Source of the DNA: a virus
DNA length: 64,000 bases
Direction: 5' to 3' (one strand)
Virus record (IMG/VR): IMGVR_UViG_3300045988_118548
Span: 73,984 to 137,983 of that record
How positions within the stretch are numbered: position 1 is the first letter of the stretch; each line of letters opens with the position of its first letter. Both the position numbers and the translations under genes were made by a program. This document shows positions 1 to 9,967 of the stretch, one piece after another. Under the pieces are notes generated by a model. That model was not told where the DNA came from and did not search any database. It worked only from the letters and a program-made list of their open reading frames with translations.

Positions 1-3000
1 CAGAGTTTTGCCGAAGATCTTATAGGTGATGATTCTAAGATTGAGTTTAGGAAATACGTGGCTCGTAATGCTTTTCTTGGTCTTCAATCGGAATCAAGAA
101 TGAAAGACATAGCTTCTGTCATAGAAACGCTTTCGGGGCAGCCTCGCGTGGCGGATGCTCTAAGTACGTTCTCCCGGCTGTCGGACAGGGCAAGGGAGCG
201 GGCGATGGCTATCCGTGGCATACGGTCAAGAATAGAAGAACTTGAATCCGAAATAGAAGATCTTGCTACCCGCCCTCGCAACGTAGAAGGGAAAGATCCA
301 CAAGCTGAATCCATACAACGAAAAACCAAAGAATTGGAAAGCCTTAGAACCAATTACAACAATTCGTTGTCTGAGTTATCAACGTTAATAGGAAAAGAGT
401 TTTCGATAGAAGAGCTGGTAAGTAAAACCGAATCTGTTTTATCATCTCCTCTTTCTCCCATAAGTTCACAAGATGTGATAGAAGCCTATGATACGCTTGT
501 GGCTTTTGATGATTATTTTAATGTAAAATCAAGACAGGAAAAGAAGTTTACAGCCAAAGACAAAGCCATGAGATCCTTGGTAAATGAATACCGAAGAAGT
601 TTGATGGACTATAGGAATATGAATAACTTCTTGTCTAAGATGCTTGATAAAAGATTCTTAGCTGAGGAAAACAGGGGGTTTTCAAAAGCGCTGTCTTCTC
701 TATGGTCTACTCCTTATAAAGGGGATGACAAGGTTCCTGATTTTGCAGAGTCTAATAAAGTTGGTGAATATGACACTGATGAGGTAGTAGATCAAGCTGT
801 GTCAGAAGGTAAGATTTCGGAAGACGAAGCTTGGACTATCAAGGCTTTTATGCATGCTCTTGATAAAGTAAGGGAAGATAGGATGAAGGAAGCAGAAGAT
901 GATATAAAAGAGTCACCGCTTACGGAGTCTGTATCGGATGAAGATTATGAGGCTGCTATGGATAATCCTATTATGGTTCCGGTAGTAAGGCAGTCTATAA
1001 TTGATAAACTATATACAGGTAATGCCGATCTTCTTACTGCGAGAGAAAAAGATGTGTATGATAAATACAAACAAGATTTTGATGATTATGTATCGTCTTT
1101 AGGTGATAGTCCTGTTAATCTCATTAAATCATTATCTGAAAAGGCTGACAGGCTTACAAGTCCGAGATCAGTATATGAGGAAAATAAAGCTATTATTGAT
1201 ATGGCTAAGTCTAATTTGGAGCCAGATCAAAGAAAGGAGCTTGATGATGCTATTTCTTCGTATGTTGATATAATGAACAGGCGGGACAAAGGAGAGAAAG
1301 TTGACGAAGATAAACTTGCAGATTCGGTATTTACCATAGAAGATCTTGGCCAGGTTGGAAATATCACGGACCTCCTTCCTTATATCGAGCAAAACAGGAT
1401 TATTGGTAAAGGTCGTATCTCTGAATCTACGTTAAGTAATTTCGGGGAGGATGATGCTAATATAGATTCTCTTGTAAATGAATTAGACGAATCTGATAAT
1501 ACGCCGGGAGCCAATATAGATAGCGCCCAGAATCCAGAGACGTTGATGGTTAGAAGAATCTCTAATGATGGCAATGAAAGGTATGAAATTGCGGGTCTTA
1601 GAGCCGATAAATTTATATCTTCCATAAAATCATTGGTTCCTATTCAAATAAGCTCTGAAACGAACGCTAATGGCACTAAAAGGTATTCTCTTAACATAGG
1701 TGGAGAAACGGCTACTATAATTGAACTTCCTTATCATGCGAGATGGTCTATAGATAAAGAATCGGCTCGTGTTCTTAACCGTTACACAGATGTGTCTATT
1801 CAGGACGTGGGTAATTCCTATTCTTTGGTTTATAAGCGTCTTGATTCAGATGAGTTGGTTCCGTACAGAACAGGTGTCGGATTCGGAGAGAATGAAGTAG
1901 ATAAAATAGATCAGGAAGCATTATCTTCTTTGAAAAAAGGAGATAAGGTTAATCTCGAAATAGATGTAAATGATACTTATAATCAGTCTCTTTTTACCGA
2001 ATACAATGACGCTGTTCAGTCAGGCGATAAAAAAAGAATAGAATCTGCTGAGAATAAACTGGTGTCCAATATGGTTATCAAGGTCATGAGTGGGAACAGA
2101 TTCGTTTCTGTTGTAAAAGCTGATACAGGAGGCATAGATGGTATAAGTAAAATAAGAAGAACGGCTTTTAACAAGTGGAAGAAAGATGCTGGTCGGTCGG
2201 CTACCATCAGCGTCGGCACGCATGTTGTTGCCCAGACTCTTCCCGGAAGACCGGTATTTAACATGAGGGTGAACGGTCAAGGATATGGCCAGGTAGAAAA
2301 TCTCCCTATTACCGAAAAAGGTGCTGAAAAAGTATCTGATGTCGGATATGTATTAAATGGCAAAGTCGTGCTTAAGAACGGCTCTAAATACACAGGCTTC
2401 CCATTTGCTTATTCTATATTAAATGACAAGGGGAATAATTACAAAAATGTAAGAGTTCCGGTAGTTGTCATCAAAGGTAAAAACGGTCTTAATTATCTTT
2501 TCCCTGTTAGTCTACGTTCTGTAGAATCAGAGGAAGGAAAGAAATGGATTTCTTTTATAGATATGCTGCTTGAATCCGGTGACTCTGAATTGTTGCAGAT
2601 GGGTCAAGATGACATACAAGATCTTAATGCGTATCTGACCAAGTTAGGTCTTGATCCGGCTTCGTATCAAGTATCGTATTTGAATCCTATTTCAGGGCTT
2701 ATAAAAGCTCGTGAGGCTATAGAAAAATTATCTACGGTTCCTGATGTTGTTAAGTGGGTAGAAGATGGAAGTAGGAGCGTTAAAGACATTGTGACATCTG
2801 AAGTAGAATCTGGAATAGATTTCGAAGGTGAGATGTTTGTCGCTCCTAAGATCAGGATTCAATTTGGTAAATCATCTTCCAGATCAAAATCACTTATAGA
2901 GGATGATCTTCCTTTCTCTGATGAGGGTAAGACCGTTACTTCTAAAGAATACGTGGATGTTTATGAAGAGGAAATGCCAGAGGAAGGAGCTGTCAGGGGG

Positions 3001-4695
3001 ACTCAGCCGGCGCCATTAGCTCAGCCGGCTCCTGCGGCACAAGCTATGCAGTCTTTACCTGGCAAGAAGCGTACCTCCAGGAAAAACTTCTCTCTTATGT
3101 TAAACGAAATAGAATCTCATATAGAAAAAGAAGGATTGCCGCCTTATGCTAATATTTTTGATTTTATAGCAAGGAAGATTGTAGGAGGTGATTTGAGGTT
3201 TCTTCGTGAGAGAGGTAATCCTAAAAGTCTTAAGGAGGAAATGGGATTAGAACCTAAAGGAACAGTAGGTGATAAAATATCCACTCCTTCCAGTAAAGGT
3301 GGTAAGACCTTAAATGAATACGTTTCTTGGCTTCGTTCTCAAACAGATCAGGTGGTGGTTGATTATGTTGGGCCAAGATCTGACGAACAAATTATATCAG
3401 AGTTGAAAAACTTTTTGAAATATATTAATTTTGTTCCGAGTAAGGCTTTGAATTATTCTCTTAGAGTCAATGGCATGGATACCCTAAAAGAATATGGCAC
3501 AAAAGAGGAAGTAGAAAAAATGGAATCTGATATCAATAGTTTGGTTTCTAAAGTTTTGCCTACGGTGGATAATAAAACTGTAGAAGATGTTTCTACTGCA
3601 ATAAAATCAAACAACTTGCCTGCCATATGGGAGCCCGTGGAAAGCCTTGATATGACAAACGAGGAAAAAATAGAGTTTTTGAATAACGTAGCAGATTTCC
3701 TTAGCGGCATACCAGAGTATGATGCTGTCGTGGAGTCTATAGAGTCAGAATCAGATAATATTTTAAATGATGGAAAAGAAGGAAGTGCAGAAGGCGGTGC
3801 AGTACGCACTGAGGAAGATGGCGATAAAAAGGGAGATGGAGAAGGCAAAGGACAATCCAGAACAAATGTCGAAGTTAAAGGAAATGTCGAATTACCTGGA
3901 TATGAAGAAGGAAGAGTAGATAACTATAGGAAGAACGGAGATAAGTTCTCTGACATTGCTGAAGTCACTTTATGGCTACTTAGAAGGGCTGCCGGCATAA
4001 CCTCTATCCCGGAAGGAGAAGAGGTTTATGTAGAGGGAGATGAGGTTAATAGTATTATGACCGATATGGAATCAAGGTATGGTATAGACACCATCAATCA
4101 CTCGCATACGACTAAGGCTATAAGGGATCTTAACGGCGTATCAGGTTATAAAGTAGAATACGGCTTAACCTTTTTGACATACGATCCTTTTATTAGGATA
4201 TCCAATCCAAGGGAAGAATATAAGGCTGCGAAAGACGAGCCTCGTATATCCGAAGAACCGCTTACTCACATATCAAGGGTGACAACCCCTTATTTCCTGT
4301 ACGGCGGCGATGAAGCATATACATCTGTTCCGGCTAAGGTAGAACCTATACCGGAGAAGATAATGGGTCGTAATGGCATTAAATTTGGTATGAGTGTAGT
4401 CGAGTTAACCAAATTAGGGTACAAAAAAGCTGGTGGAAACTGGATATATAAATTCTATATGAACTCAGGTGTGTATGATTTGTATAATATCAGTACCGGT
4501 GAAGCGTTTAGGGCAAAACCGGATCTTGGAGTTAAGATAAGTTCCAGTGCATTCATCCGCTCTTTATCTCAATCTGGTAGAAAAATACAAAATATGATGA
4601 GTAACATGAGTCAGGAAGAGATAGATAGGAATAAGAATCTCGTAGAAGGTTCTGATAATTCGGATTCGATAAATGAGTTAAACAAGGAGTGTTGA
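1..4695 (+). CDS. giant virion-associated protein (5'-truncated at window edge; >1564 aa)
   Basis: ORF track gives 58..4695 (1545 aa, GTG), but frame 1 is open from nt 1 with no stop, so the gene continues upstream of the window. Acidic, with low-complexity Pro/Ala linkers (PAPLAQPAPAAQA). Size and position beside other giant ORFs fit crAss-like cargo/tail proteins. No DxDGD RNA-polymerase motif seen. Confidence 0.8.
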   Translation, partial: QSFAEDLIGDDSKIEFRKYVARNAFLGLQSESRMKDIASVIETLSGQPRVADALSTFSRLSDRARERAMAIRGIRSRIEELESEIEDLATRPRNVEGKDPQAESIQRKTKELESLRTNYNNSLSELSTLIGKEFSIEELVSKTESVLSSPLSPISSQDVIEAYDTLVAFDDYFNVKSRQEKKFTAKDKAMRSLVNEYRRSLMDYRNMNNFLSKMLDKRFLAEENRGFSKALSSLWSTPYKGDDKVPDFAESNKVGEYDTDEVVDQAVSEGKISEDEAWTIKAFMHALDKVREDRMKEAEDDIKESPLTESVSDEDYEAAMDNPIMVPVVRQSIIDKLYTGNADLLTAREKDVYDKYKQDFDDYVSSLGDSPVNLIKSLSEKADRLTSPRSVYEENKAIIDMAKSNLEPDQRKELDDAISSYVDIMNRRDKGEKVDEDKLADSVFTIEDLGQVGNITDLLPYIEQNRIIGKGRISESTLSNFGEDDANIDSLVNELDESDNTPGANIDSAQNPETLMVRRISNDGNERYEIAGLRADKFISSIKSLVPIQISSETNANGTKRYSLNIGGETATIIELPYHARWSIDKESARVLNRYTDVSIQDVGNSYSLVYKRLDSDELVPYRTGVGFGENEVDKIDQEALSSLKKGDKVNLEIDVNDTYNQSLFTEYNDAVQSGDKKRIESAENKLVSNMVIKVMSGNRFVSVVKADTGGIDGISKIRRTAFNKWKKDAGRSATISVGTHVVAQTLPGRPVFNMRVNGQGYGQVENLPITEKGAEKVSDVGYVLNGKVVLKNGSKYTGFPFAYSILNDKGNNYKNVRVPVVVIKGKNGLNYLFPVSLRSVESEEGKKWISFIDMLLESGDSELLQMGQDDIQDLNAYLTKLGLDPASYQVSYLNPISGLIKAREAIEKLSTVPDVVKWVEDGSRSVKDIVTSEVESGIDFEGEMFVAPKIRIQFGKSSSRSKSLIEDDLPFSDEGKTVTSKEYVDVYEEEMPEEGAVRGTQPAPLAQPAPAAQAMQSLPGKKRTSRKNFSLMLNEIESHIEKEGLPPYANIFDFIARKIVGGDLRFLRERGNPKSLKEEMGLEPKGTVGDKISTPSSKGGKTLNEYVSWLRSQTDQVVVDYVGPRSDEQIISELKNFLKYINFVPSKALNYSLRVNGMDTLKEYGTKEEVEKMESDINSLVSKVLPTVDNKTVEDVSTAIKSNNLPAIWEPVESLDMTNEEKIEFLNNVADFLSGIPEYDAVVESIESESDNILNDGKEGSAEGGAVRTEEDGDKKGDGEGKGQSRTNVEVKGNVELPGYEEGRVDNYRKNGDKFSDIAEVTLWLLRRAAGITSIPEGEEVYVEGDEVNSIMTDMESRYGIDTINHSHTTKAIRDLNGVSGYKVEYGLTFLTYDPFIRISNPREEYKAAKDEPRISEEPLTHISRVTTPYFLYGGDEAYTSVPAKVEPIPEKIMGRNGIKFGMSVVELTKLGYKKAGGNWIYKFYMNSGVYDLYNISTGEAFRAKPDLGVKISSSAFIRSLSQSGRKIQNMMSNMSQEEIDRNKNLVEGSDNSDSINELNKEC

Positions 4696-5228
4696 GTATG
4701 AGAAGGAGATTTTTTAATGCTGCGGATAATTTCGTGGGAGGATGTTATAATAAGTTATCTAATGAGGATATAAAAAGGCTTGGAGGGAAAAGACCTTATG
4801 TATGTCAGTTTAATAAAATTCATATACATATAGGGCCTGTATTAAAAGATCATGATTCCGATGTCAGTGATATAGTGTTTAATAGTGACTGGAATTATGG
4901 TAATTATGAATCTACGGTTTATCATCATAGCAATAATGGTATTTTTATATTAGGTGGAAATAAAATTGGTAATATAGAAGACCATATGCAAGATCTAACA
5001 TATTGGTACGAATATGATCCGAGTCTTAATGAAAATTATTGTTATTATTATTATGAAGCTGATAATAGTGGAAATGCTATTAAGTTGAATGGTGAGTTTA
5101 GTGATGTTAGCACTGTTTTTAACACTCCCAGTTTGAAGGTTACCACTCTTCGTGATGGCAGTTTGAGTTTTCCAGAGATTTATATAGAAGGAGTTTGGGA
5201 TCCGTCATTGTATAAGTCGATTTTATAG
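4689..5228 (+). CDS. small Y/N/S-rich beta-type protein, variable cassette X1
   Basis: AAGGAG (4684-4689) sits 8 nt before ATG 4698, the likely true start (MRRRFF...). Start overlaps the giant gene stop. The upstream 46 bp and first codons are identical to those of the 5305 gene. Confidence 0.7.
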   Translation: MLSMRRRFFNAADNFVGGCYNKLSNEDIKRLGGKRPYVCQFNKIHIHIGPVLKDHDSDVSDIVFNSDWNYGNYESTVYHHSNNGIFILGGNKIGNIEDHMQDLTYWYEYDPSLNENYCYYYYEADNSGNAIKLNGEFSDVSTVFNTPSLKVTTLRDGSLSFPEIYIEGVWDPSLYKSIL

Positions 5229-5230
5229 TT

Positions 5231-5238
5231 AATTTTGA
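5231..5238 (+). promoter_or_regulatory. Bacteroidetes-type -7 promoter box (TAATTTTG)
   Basis: Matches the TAnnTTTG -7 consensus of Bacteroides sigma-A promoters, upstream of the duplicated 5' flank of cassette X2. Confidence 0.3.
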
Positions 5239-5304
5239 AAAAAGTTAATTATTATGGGTGTCAAATGTCAGATAGAAAAATTCGATAAATGAGTTAAATA
5301 AGGA

Positions 5305-5892
5305 GTGTTGAGTATGAGAAGGAGATACGAAGATGTTTCAAGTCTTGTTCAGTATCAGTTGAAGACCAATCAGCAGGGGAATATAGAGGTTTATGTTGAT
5401 GACAGGTTTGTTGGAAACGTAAGTGAAGGAGTCTGTAATTGGAAGGATATTGAATACAAGAGTAAGGTTACTATATCTTTGAAAGGAGTCGAGGATAAGG
5501 CTAAAACTTCAAGTAAAAGAGTCGGTCCTTATTGTCACATTTATAGCATATTTGGAGGAAATGAATCTTATCATGCAGGTCCGGATAGTAATATAAAAAA
5601 GAGTCCGGTTACCACCTTTATAATGTATTGTTATAAAAATGGGGATATTACAACTACCACTACTTATACTAAAAATTTATCTGGAACTCTTCAGATAGGT
5701 AAAACACAATTGACTATCAATTACAAACAAAGTAAAAGTCAGTCTTTCTCCGGTGGTTCTGGAGATTATGTAACATCCGTATCTGATTTCCCTTTTGTTA
5801 CTGGTCCAGGAAATGATAGCGTTGAGTTCGAAGGAGAGGGAAGATTGATAGTTGAGACAGAGGCTTCTCATTATGAAATAGAAGTTTCATAA
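5305..5892 (+). CDS. small Thr/Ser/Tyr-rich beta-type protein, variable cassette X2
   Basis: AAGGAG then ATG 5314, the likely true start (MRRRYEDV...). Same translation-initiation region as X1, but the rest of the protein is unrelated. Poly-Thr stretch. Confidence 0.7.
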   Translation: MLSMRRRYEDVSSLVQYQLKTNQQGNIEVYVDDRFVGNVSEGVCNWKDIEYKSKVTISLKGVEDKAKTSSKRVGPYCHIYSIFGGNESYHAGPDSNIKKSPVTTFIMYCYKNGDITTTTTYTKNLSGTLQIGKTQLTINYKQSKSQSFSGGSGDYVTSVSDFPFVTGPGNDSVEFEGEGRLIVETEASHYEIEVS

Positions 5893-5905
5893 TTTCTATT
5901 TTTAT

Positions 5906-5913
5906 ACTATCTT
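5906..5913 (+). promoter_or_regulatory. Bacteroidetes-type -7 promoter box (TATCTTTG)
   Basis: TAnnTTTG match about 20 nt upstream of the likely ATG at 5934. Confidence 0.35.
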
Positions 5914-8192
5914 TGTCTAAAATATTTATCACTATGGGTGTCAAATGTCAGATAGAAAAAAAGGAAAATGAAATAAAACGGGTTAAGGCTCCTAACGGGG
6001 AGCCTTCCGTTCTTTACGAAAGTGCTTTAAAAGTATTAGGAAACAGCGAGCGGGCTCTTCAGGTATGGGCTAAGGCTTACACTCCTGGTTTTTCGTCGTA
6101 TTACGGTCATTGGAATAACCCGGCTCCAGGGGAGATGTTTAACACCGATCCCAATGGCGAACCTCTTTTAGAAGATGTGCTGTCGTATATGAAGCGTCAG
6201 ACTTATTTTGCTGATCCTTTAACGGCTCAGGATGTTAAGGATGTAAGGGATTTCCTTTTGTCTACTCATTATTTTTTCAATGCGTCTTCATTGTCTAATG
6301 CTATTCTCTTCGATTTTTATGTAGATGGCAGTTTGATACTGAATGAGCAGAAATTAAGGAGATCCGGTTTGTATGATGAAACAGAAATAAGTCGTATTTT
6401 ATCCGATCCTTCTGTTTTAAACGAGGTTTCGACTTCCATGAGAAAGTTAATAGATTCTTCTATTAACGAACATGATAGGGAAAAAGATAATTATTTTATG
6501 TCTATTGACTATCAGTATGGTCCTATTGTTTACAAGGAGGGAGTGTTTAACCAATTTGGTAAAAAAGTACCATATAATCCTTCTGAGCTTTATTATGCTA
6601 TGCGTAAAACAGTAGCCGGCATAAAAAACTTTTCTGAATTTTCATCTGCTTTTGAATCGTTGAGAAATTCATATCCTGAACTGGTTGAGAAATTCGTTTC
6701 TGATAAAGAATTTGCCGAATCTATGTTTGATGAGTTCTCATCTACGAATAAGATTCCGGTAATAAACATAGAAGGGGATGATGTGGTGGAAGGCAAGAGA
6801 AGATCTTTGTCTAAGCTACAAGATCTTTCTTATTACAATTCCGGCAAAATAGAGTTCCTAAGAGCTCGTATATCAGCTTATTTACATAGGGCTAATGCCG
6901 ACACCGAATCCGATTTAAGAAGCATGATATGGGATATAGAAGAGGCTTGTACGTGGTTTGGCATAGATATAATAGGGACATCGGAAACTTATGATGGCAC
7001 AGAAGAATCTTTGAATAAGATAGATAATTTGATGCTGGATCTTGATATTTATGTGGCCAGGCATAATGATGTAAATTATGCTCCAACGCTGGCATCTTCT
7101 ATAGATGATGTTCTTGGTGATAGTACAGACTATTATTTTGGATTATTGCCGGAGTATATGGATAATTTGAATATCGTTTATTCTGAATCCGATATAGACC
7201 CAGTAGAGGCATTTGAGAAACATTCATTGCTTAAGGTAGGAGATAATCTATATCAAAGGATCAGCAAAGATGATCTTAACGAGATGTATCAAATATCAAC
7301 AGTATTAGCCAAGCACAACCTAACTCATTTTTCTACTAAAATATATCCTGAATCTTGTTTTAAGAACGGCGTTTTGGATAAAGAGAAAGTACGGAACGTA
7401 GATAATAATACGCTCATGGCTTCCATTAAAAAATACGTCAGATCGTTCATGGATTCTCAGAACACAGAGGACATGATAATGACCAGGATGGCGTTTGGGC
7501 ACCCTGCGGTACTTGACGTTCCTTACGTGGATGTGGATCGGGAGTATAGTCGATACATGAACAAAAAACAAGATAGCGAAAACCCATTATCCTTATTCGA
7601 TTTATACCAATCTTACCTTGACAACAAACTCCATAAAACAAAATTATATGATAATGCCTATAAGTATCTTGACTTCAAACCTGGTCCATCTTTGGGTCTT
7701 ATTTCTGATGATCCTGATATTTTGAAATCAATAGAATTATCTTTATCTGGAAAAGACAGGTTGATGTTGTTTGATTATAGCATGACCAGTACCGACCCTT
7801 CTTTATCAGAATTGTTTTATTTGGAGAGGTATGACCCTTCGTATGCTGGGAATGATTTTGAACACTATTTTTACACCAGGCACCCGTATTTGTTAAAAGA
7901 AAAATCGGGTTCTAATATCGTAGAGCAAGATGGTGTTATAACAGCAGAAGGTATTTATGATAATTTTATAAGAGTAGGTAATAAGATATGGTCTAAAGTA
8001 AGCGAGAGTAGTTCCGGCTCTATCTACCAAAATCTGACAGGAACCGAATCGGAGGTGAAATACGATTCTACTCAGAAGGCTAAGACGGTAGAAACTGATT
8101 ACGCTCCATACCAAAACAGATCTGGCTTGACGCAAGACATGACCGTAAGCAAGTCTGAATTGGATGATCTTAACAAATTAGAATGCAGGTAA
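5913..8192 (+). CDS. hypothetical virion-module protein (759 aa)
   Basis: Long uninterrupted ORF. The track start is TTG; the likely real start is ATG 5934 (MGVKCQIEKK), which is duplicated at 5253. No catalytic motif recognised. Confidence 0.75.
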   Translation: MSKIFITMGVKCQIEKKENEIKRVKAPNGEPSVLYESALKVLGNSERALQVWAKAYTPGFSSYYGHWNNPAPGEMFNTDPNGEPLLEDVLSYMKRQTYFADPLTAQDVKDVRDFLLSTHYFFNASSLSNAILFDFYVDGSLILNEQKLRRSGLYDETEISRILSDPSVLNEVSTSMRKLIDSSINEHDREKDNYFMSIDYQYGPIVYKEGVFNQFGKKVPYNPSELYYAMRKTVAGIKNFSEFSSAFESLRNSYPELVEKFVSDKEFAESMFDEFSSTNKIPVINIEGDDVVEGKRRSLSKLQDLSYYNSGKIEFLRARISAYLHRANADTESDLRSMIWDIEEACTWFGIDIIGTSETYDGTEESLNKIDNLMLDLDIYVARHNDVNYAPTLASSIDDVLGDSTDYYFGLLPEYMDNLNIVYSESDIDPVEAFEKHSLLKVGDNLYQRISKDDLNEMYQISTVLAKHNLTHFSTKIYPESCFKNGVLDKEKVRNVDNNTLMASIKKYVRSFMDSQNTEDMIMTRMAFGHPAVLDVPYVDVDREYSRYMNKKQDSENPLSLFDLYQSYLDNKLHKTKLYDNAYKYLDFKPGPSLGLISDDPDILKSIELSLSGKDRLMLFDYSMTSTDPSLSELFYLERYDPSYAGNDFEHYFYTRHPYLLKEKSGSNIVEQDGVITAEGIYDNFIRVGNKIWSKVSESSSGSIYQNLTGTESEVKYDSTQKAKTVETDYAPYQNRSGLTQDMTVSKSELDDLNKLECR

Positions 8193-8233
8193 TTTTTGTA
8201 CATATATATAGTTTTTTCATAGTTATAATTTGG

Positions 8234-8270
8234 GAAGTGAGGCTTGTGAAAGTCTCACTTTTCTCATATA
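8234..8270 (+). terminator. rho-independent terminator candidate
   Basis: 7-bp stem AAGTGAG/CTCACTT with a 12-nt loop followed by a TTTCTCATAT tail, directly after the 759-aa gene. Confidence 0.45.
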
Positions 8271-8332
8271 TGTACGTATATTAATAACATACAAGAAAAG
8301 TTAGATTTTCATTGTTTATGAATTATTTTTAT

Positions 8333-8340
8333 TAAGTTTG
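8333..8340 (+). promoter_or_regulatory. Bacteroidetes-type -7 promoter box (TAAGTTTG)
   Basis: TAnnTTTG match in an AT-rich intergenic region upstream of the small HTH-like ORF. Confidence 0.3.
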
Positions 8341-8414
8341 CAATATTAGTTTCAGGAAGGGATTATGGAAATAAGGAAAAAGTAAGAACCGAACGTAACT
8401 AATAACAGTAGGAA

Positions 8415-8612
8415 ATGAGAATCAGTACCATCAAACGTAACAACAGCTTTCATCTTATGTATAAAAACATTATGAATGATTTAGGTCAATTAAGAACTGT
8501 AGTTTCAAAATCCTATATTTATAATCTGATACAAAATCAAACCGGATTAAGTATCAGAACTATATCCCATGTCTTGAATCACACAAAAGAACAGGATACA
8601 GATTCTTTGTGA
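8415..8612 (+). CDS. small putative helix-turn-helix DNA-binding protein
   Basis: 65-aa ORF in an otherwise noncoding 680-bp region. Segment NQTGLSIRTISHVLNH resembles an HTH recognition helix. Sits between a promoter-like box and a strong terminator. Confidence 0.3.
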   Translation: MRISTIKRNNSFHLMYKNIMNDLGQLRTVVSKSYIYNLIQNQTGLSIRTISHVLNHTKEQDTDSL

Positions 8613-8687
8613 AAAGCATACATTTTCATACATTTGTGTGTTCTTTAGTTTTTAGATTTAAGTTTTTCATGGTATTAGTTTAGAGAT

Positions 8688-8725
8688 CAGGGCTCGCAGT
8701 GATGCGGGCCCTGGTTTGATTTACA
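8688..8725 (+). terminator. rho-independent terminator
   Basis: CAGGGCTCGCA-GTGA-TGCGGGCCCTG, an 11-bp GC-rich stem with one wobble, followed by GTTTGATTT. Confidence 0.6.
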
Positions 8726-8879
8726 GCGCTTTACCCAAAATGGGAAAAGCGTAAGTTATTGATTGTAAAGTTTTCCACTTAAATGGGGAAAATTGCTCAT
8801 TGTGTATTATTTTTCTATCTTTTCTGAAAATACTTCTCTTCTATAGGAAATAAACACACCTATATTCCACCTTACAATC

Positions 8880-9944
8880 ATGATCTTTGTTACGTGCTTC
8901 ATGCACGTATGTTTAACAATTAAATACTATAAAATTATGGGTGGTGATAAAATCGTCCTTTTAGATGGAGCCGGGGCTAACGGTGGTGGTGCAGCCACTA
9001 ACGGTCTTCTTTCAATGATTCCCGGCATGTTTGCTAATTTGATAGGTGGTAATAAAATGGATCCGAATCTGGTGGCGGCTTTGATGAACGGTCGTAACAA
9101 CCAGGACGGTTTCGGTGGGGCTAACGGTTGGTGGCTCTGGATAATTGTTTTGTTCTGGCTGTGGGGTGGACGCGGCTTCGGTAACGGTTTTGGAAATGGC
9201 GGTGATTGTTGTGCCAATGGTTTGCCGGCTCAGTTGAATAACGATTACGGTCGTGAACTTTTGATGCAGGCAATTCAAGGTAATCGTAGCGCCATAGATC
9301 AGATTGCTTCTGCTTTGAACTGTTCTACTACTCAACTTCAGAACGCTATCTGCAACGTACAGGGTGCTATTGATAAAGTAGCTGGTCAGGTAGGTATGAC
9401 TTCTCAGGCTGTTATCAACGCAGTTCAACAACAAGGTTGTGAAATAGGAAATCAAATCAGCTCTTGCTGCTGCAATCTGAGTTCGTTGATCAATCAAAGC
9501 ACTTGCCAGACTCAGGGAATGATTACTCAGCAAGGTTTTGATAACCAGCTTCGCACGTTGGAACAAACCAATGTCTTGCAGAACGGTCTCAACCAAGGTC
9601 TGGCTAACAATCGTGAGCAAGCTACAAGCCAATTCAATATCTTGTCTGCGAAACTTGACGCCCAAACCGTTATGATCAACGACAAATTCTGTCAGTTGGA
9701 AATGAGGGAAATGCAGAACACTATTGCTCAACTTCGTGAAGAAAAAGCGGCTTTGACAGCTTCGGCATTATCTCAGCAACAAACCCAGAATATCGTTGGT
9801 CAATTACGCCCGACGGCCGTCCCGGCCTACCCCTCTTGTTCTCCTTACCAGGCTTATACTTGGGGACAGGTATTCGGAGGAGGTTGCTGTAATAACGGAT
9901 GCGGATGTAACAACGGATGTTGCAATAACAACGCTGCTGTCTGA
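8880..9944 (+). CDS. Gly/Trp/Cys-rich membrane-anchored coiled-coil protein
   Basis: Likely start ATG 8937 (MGGDKIV). Gly-rich N-terminus, one Trp-rich transmembrane helix (GWWLWIIVLFWLWGG), a Q/N-rich coiled coil, and a C-terminus GGGCCNNGCGCNNGCCNNN. Confidence 0.65.
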   Translation: MIFVTCFMHVCLTIKYYKIMGGDKIVLLDGAGANGGGAATNGLLSMIPGMFANLIGGNKMDPNLVAALMNGRNNQDGFGGANGWWLWIIVLFWLWGGRGFGNGFGNGGDCCANGLPAQLNNDYGRELLMQAIQGNRSAIDQIASALNCSTTQLQNAICNVQGAIDKVAGQVGMTSQAVINAVQQQGCEIGNQISSCCCNLSSLINQSTCQTQGMITQQGFDNQLRTLEQTNVLQNGLNQGLANNREQATSQFNILSAKLDAQTVMINDKFCQLEMREMQNTIAQLREEKAALTASALSQQQTQNIVGQLRPTAVPAYPSCSPYQAYTWGQVFGGGCCNNGCGCNNGCCNNNAAV

Positions 9945-9967
9945 TTTTATTAAGAAAGGAGGCTAAT

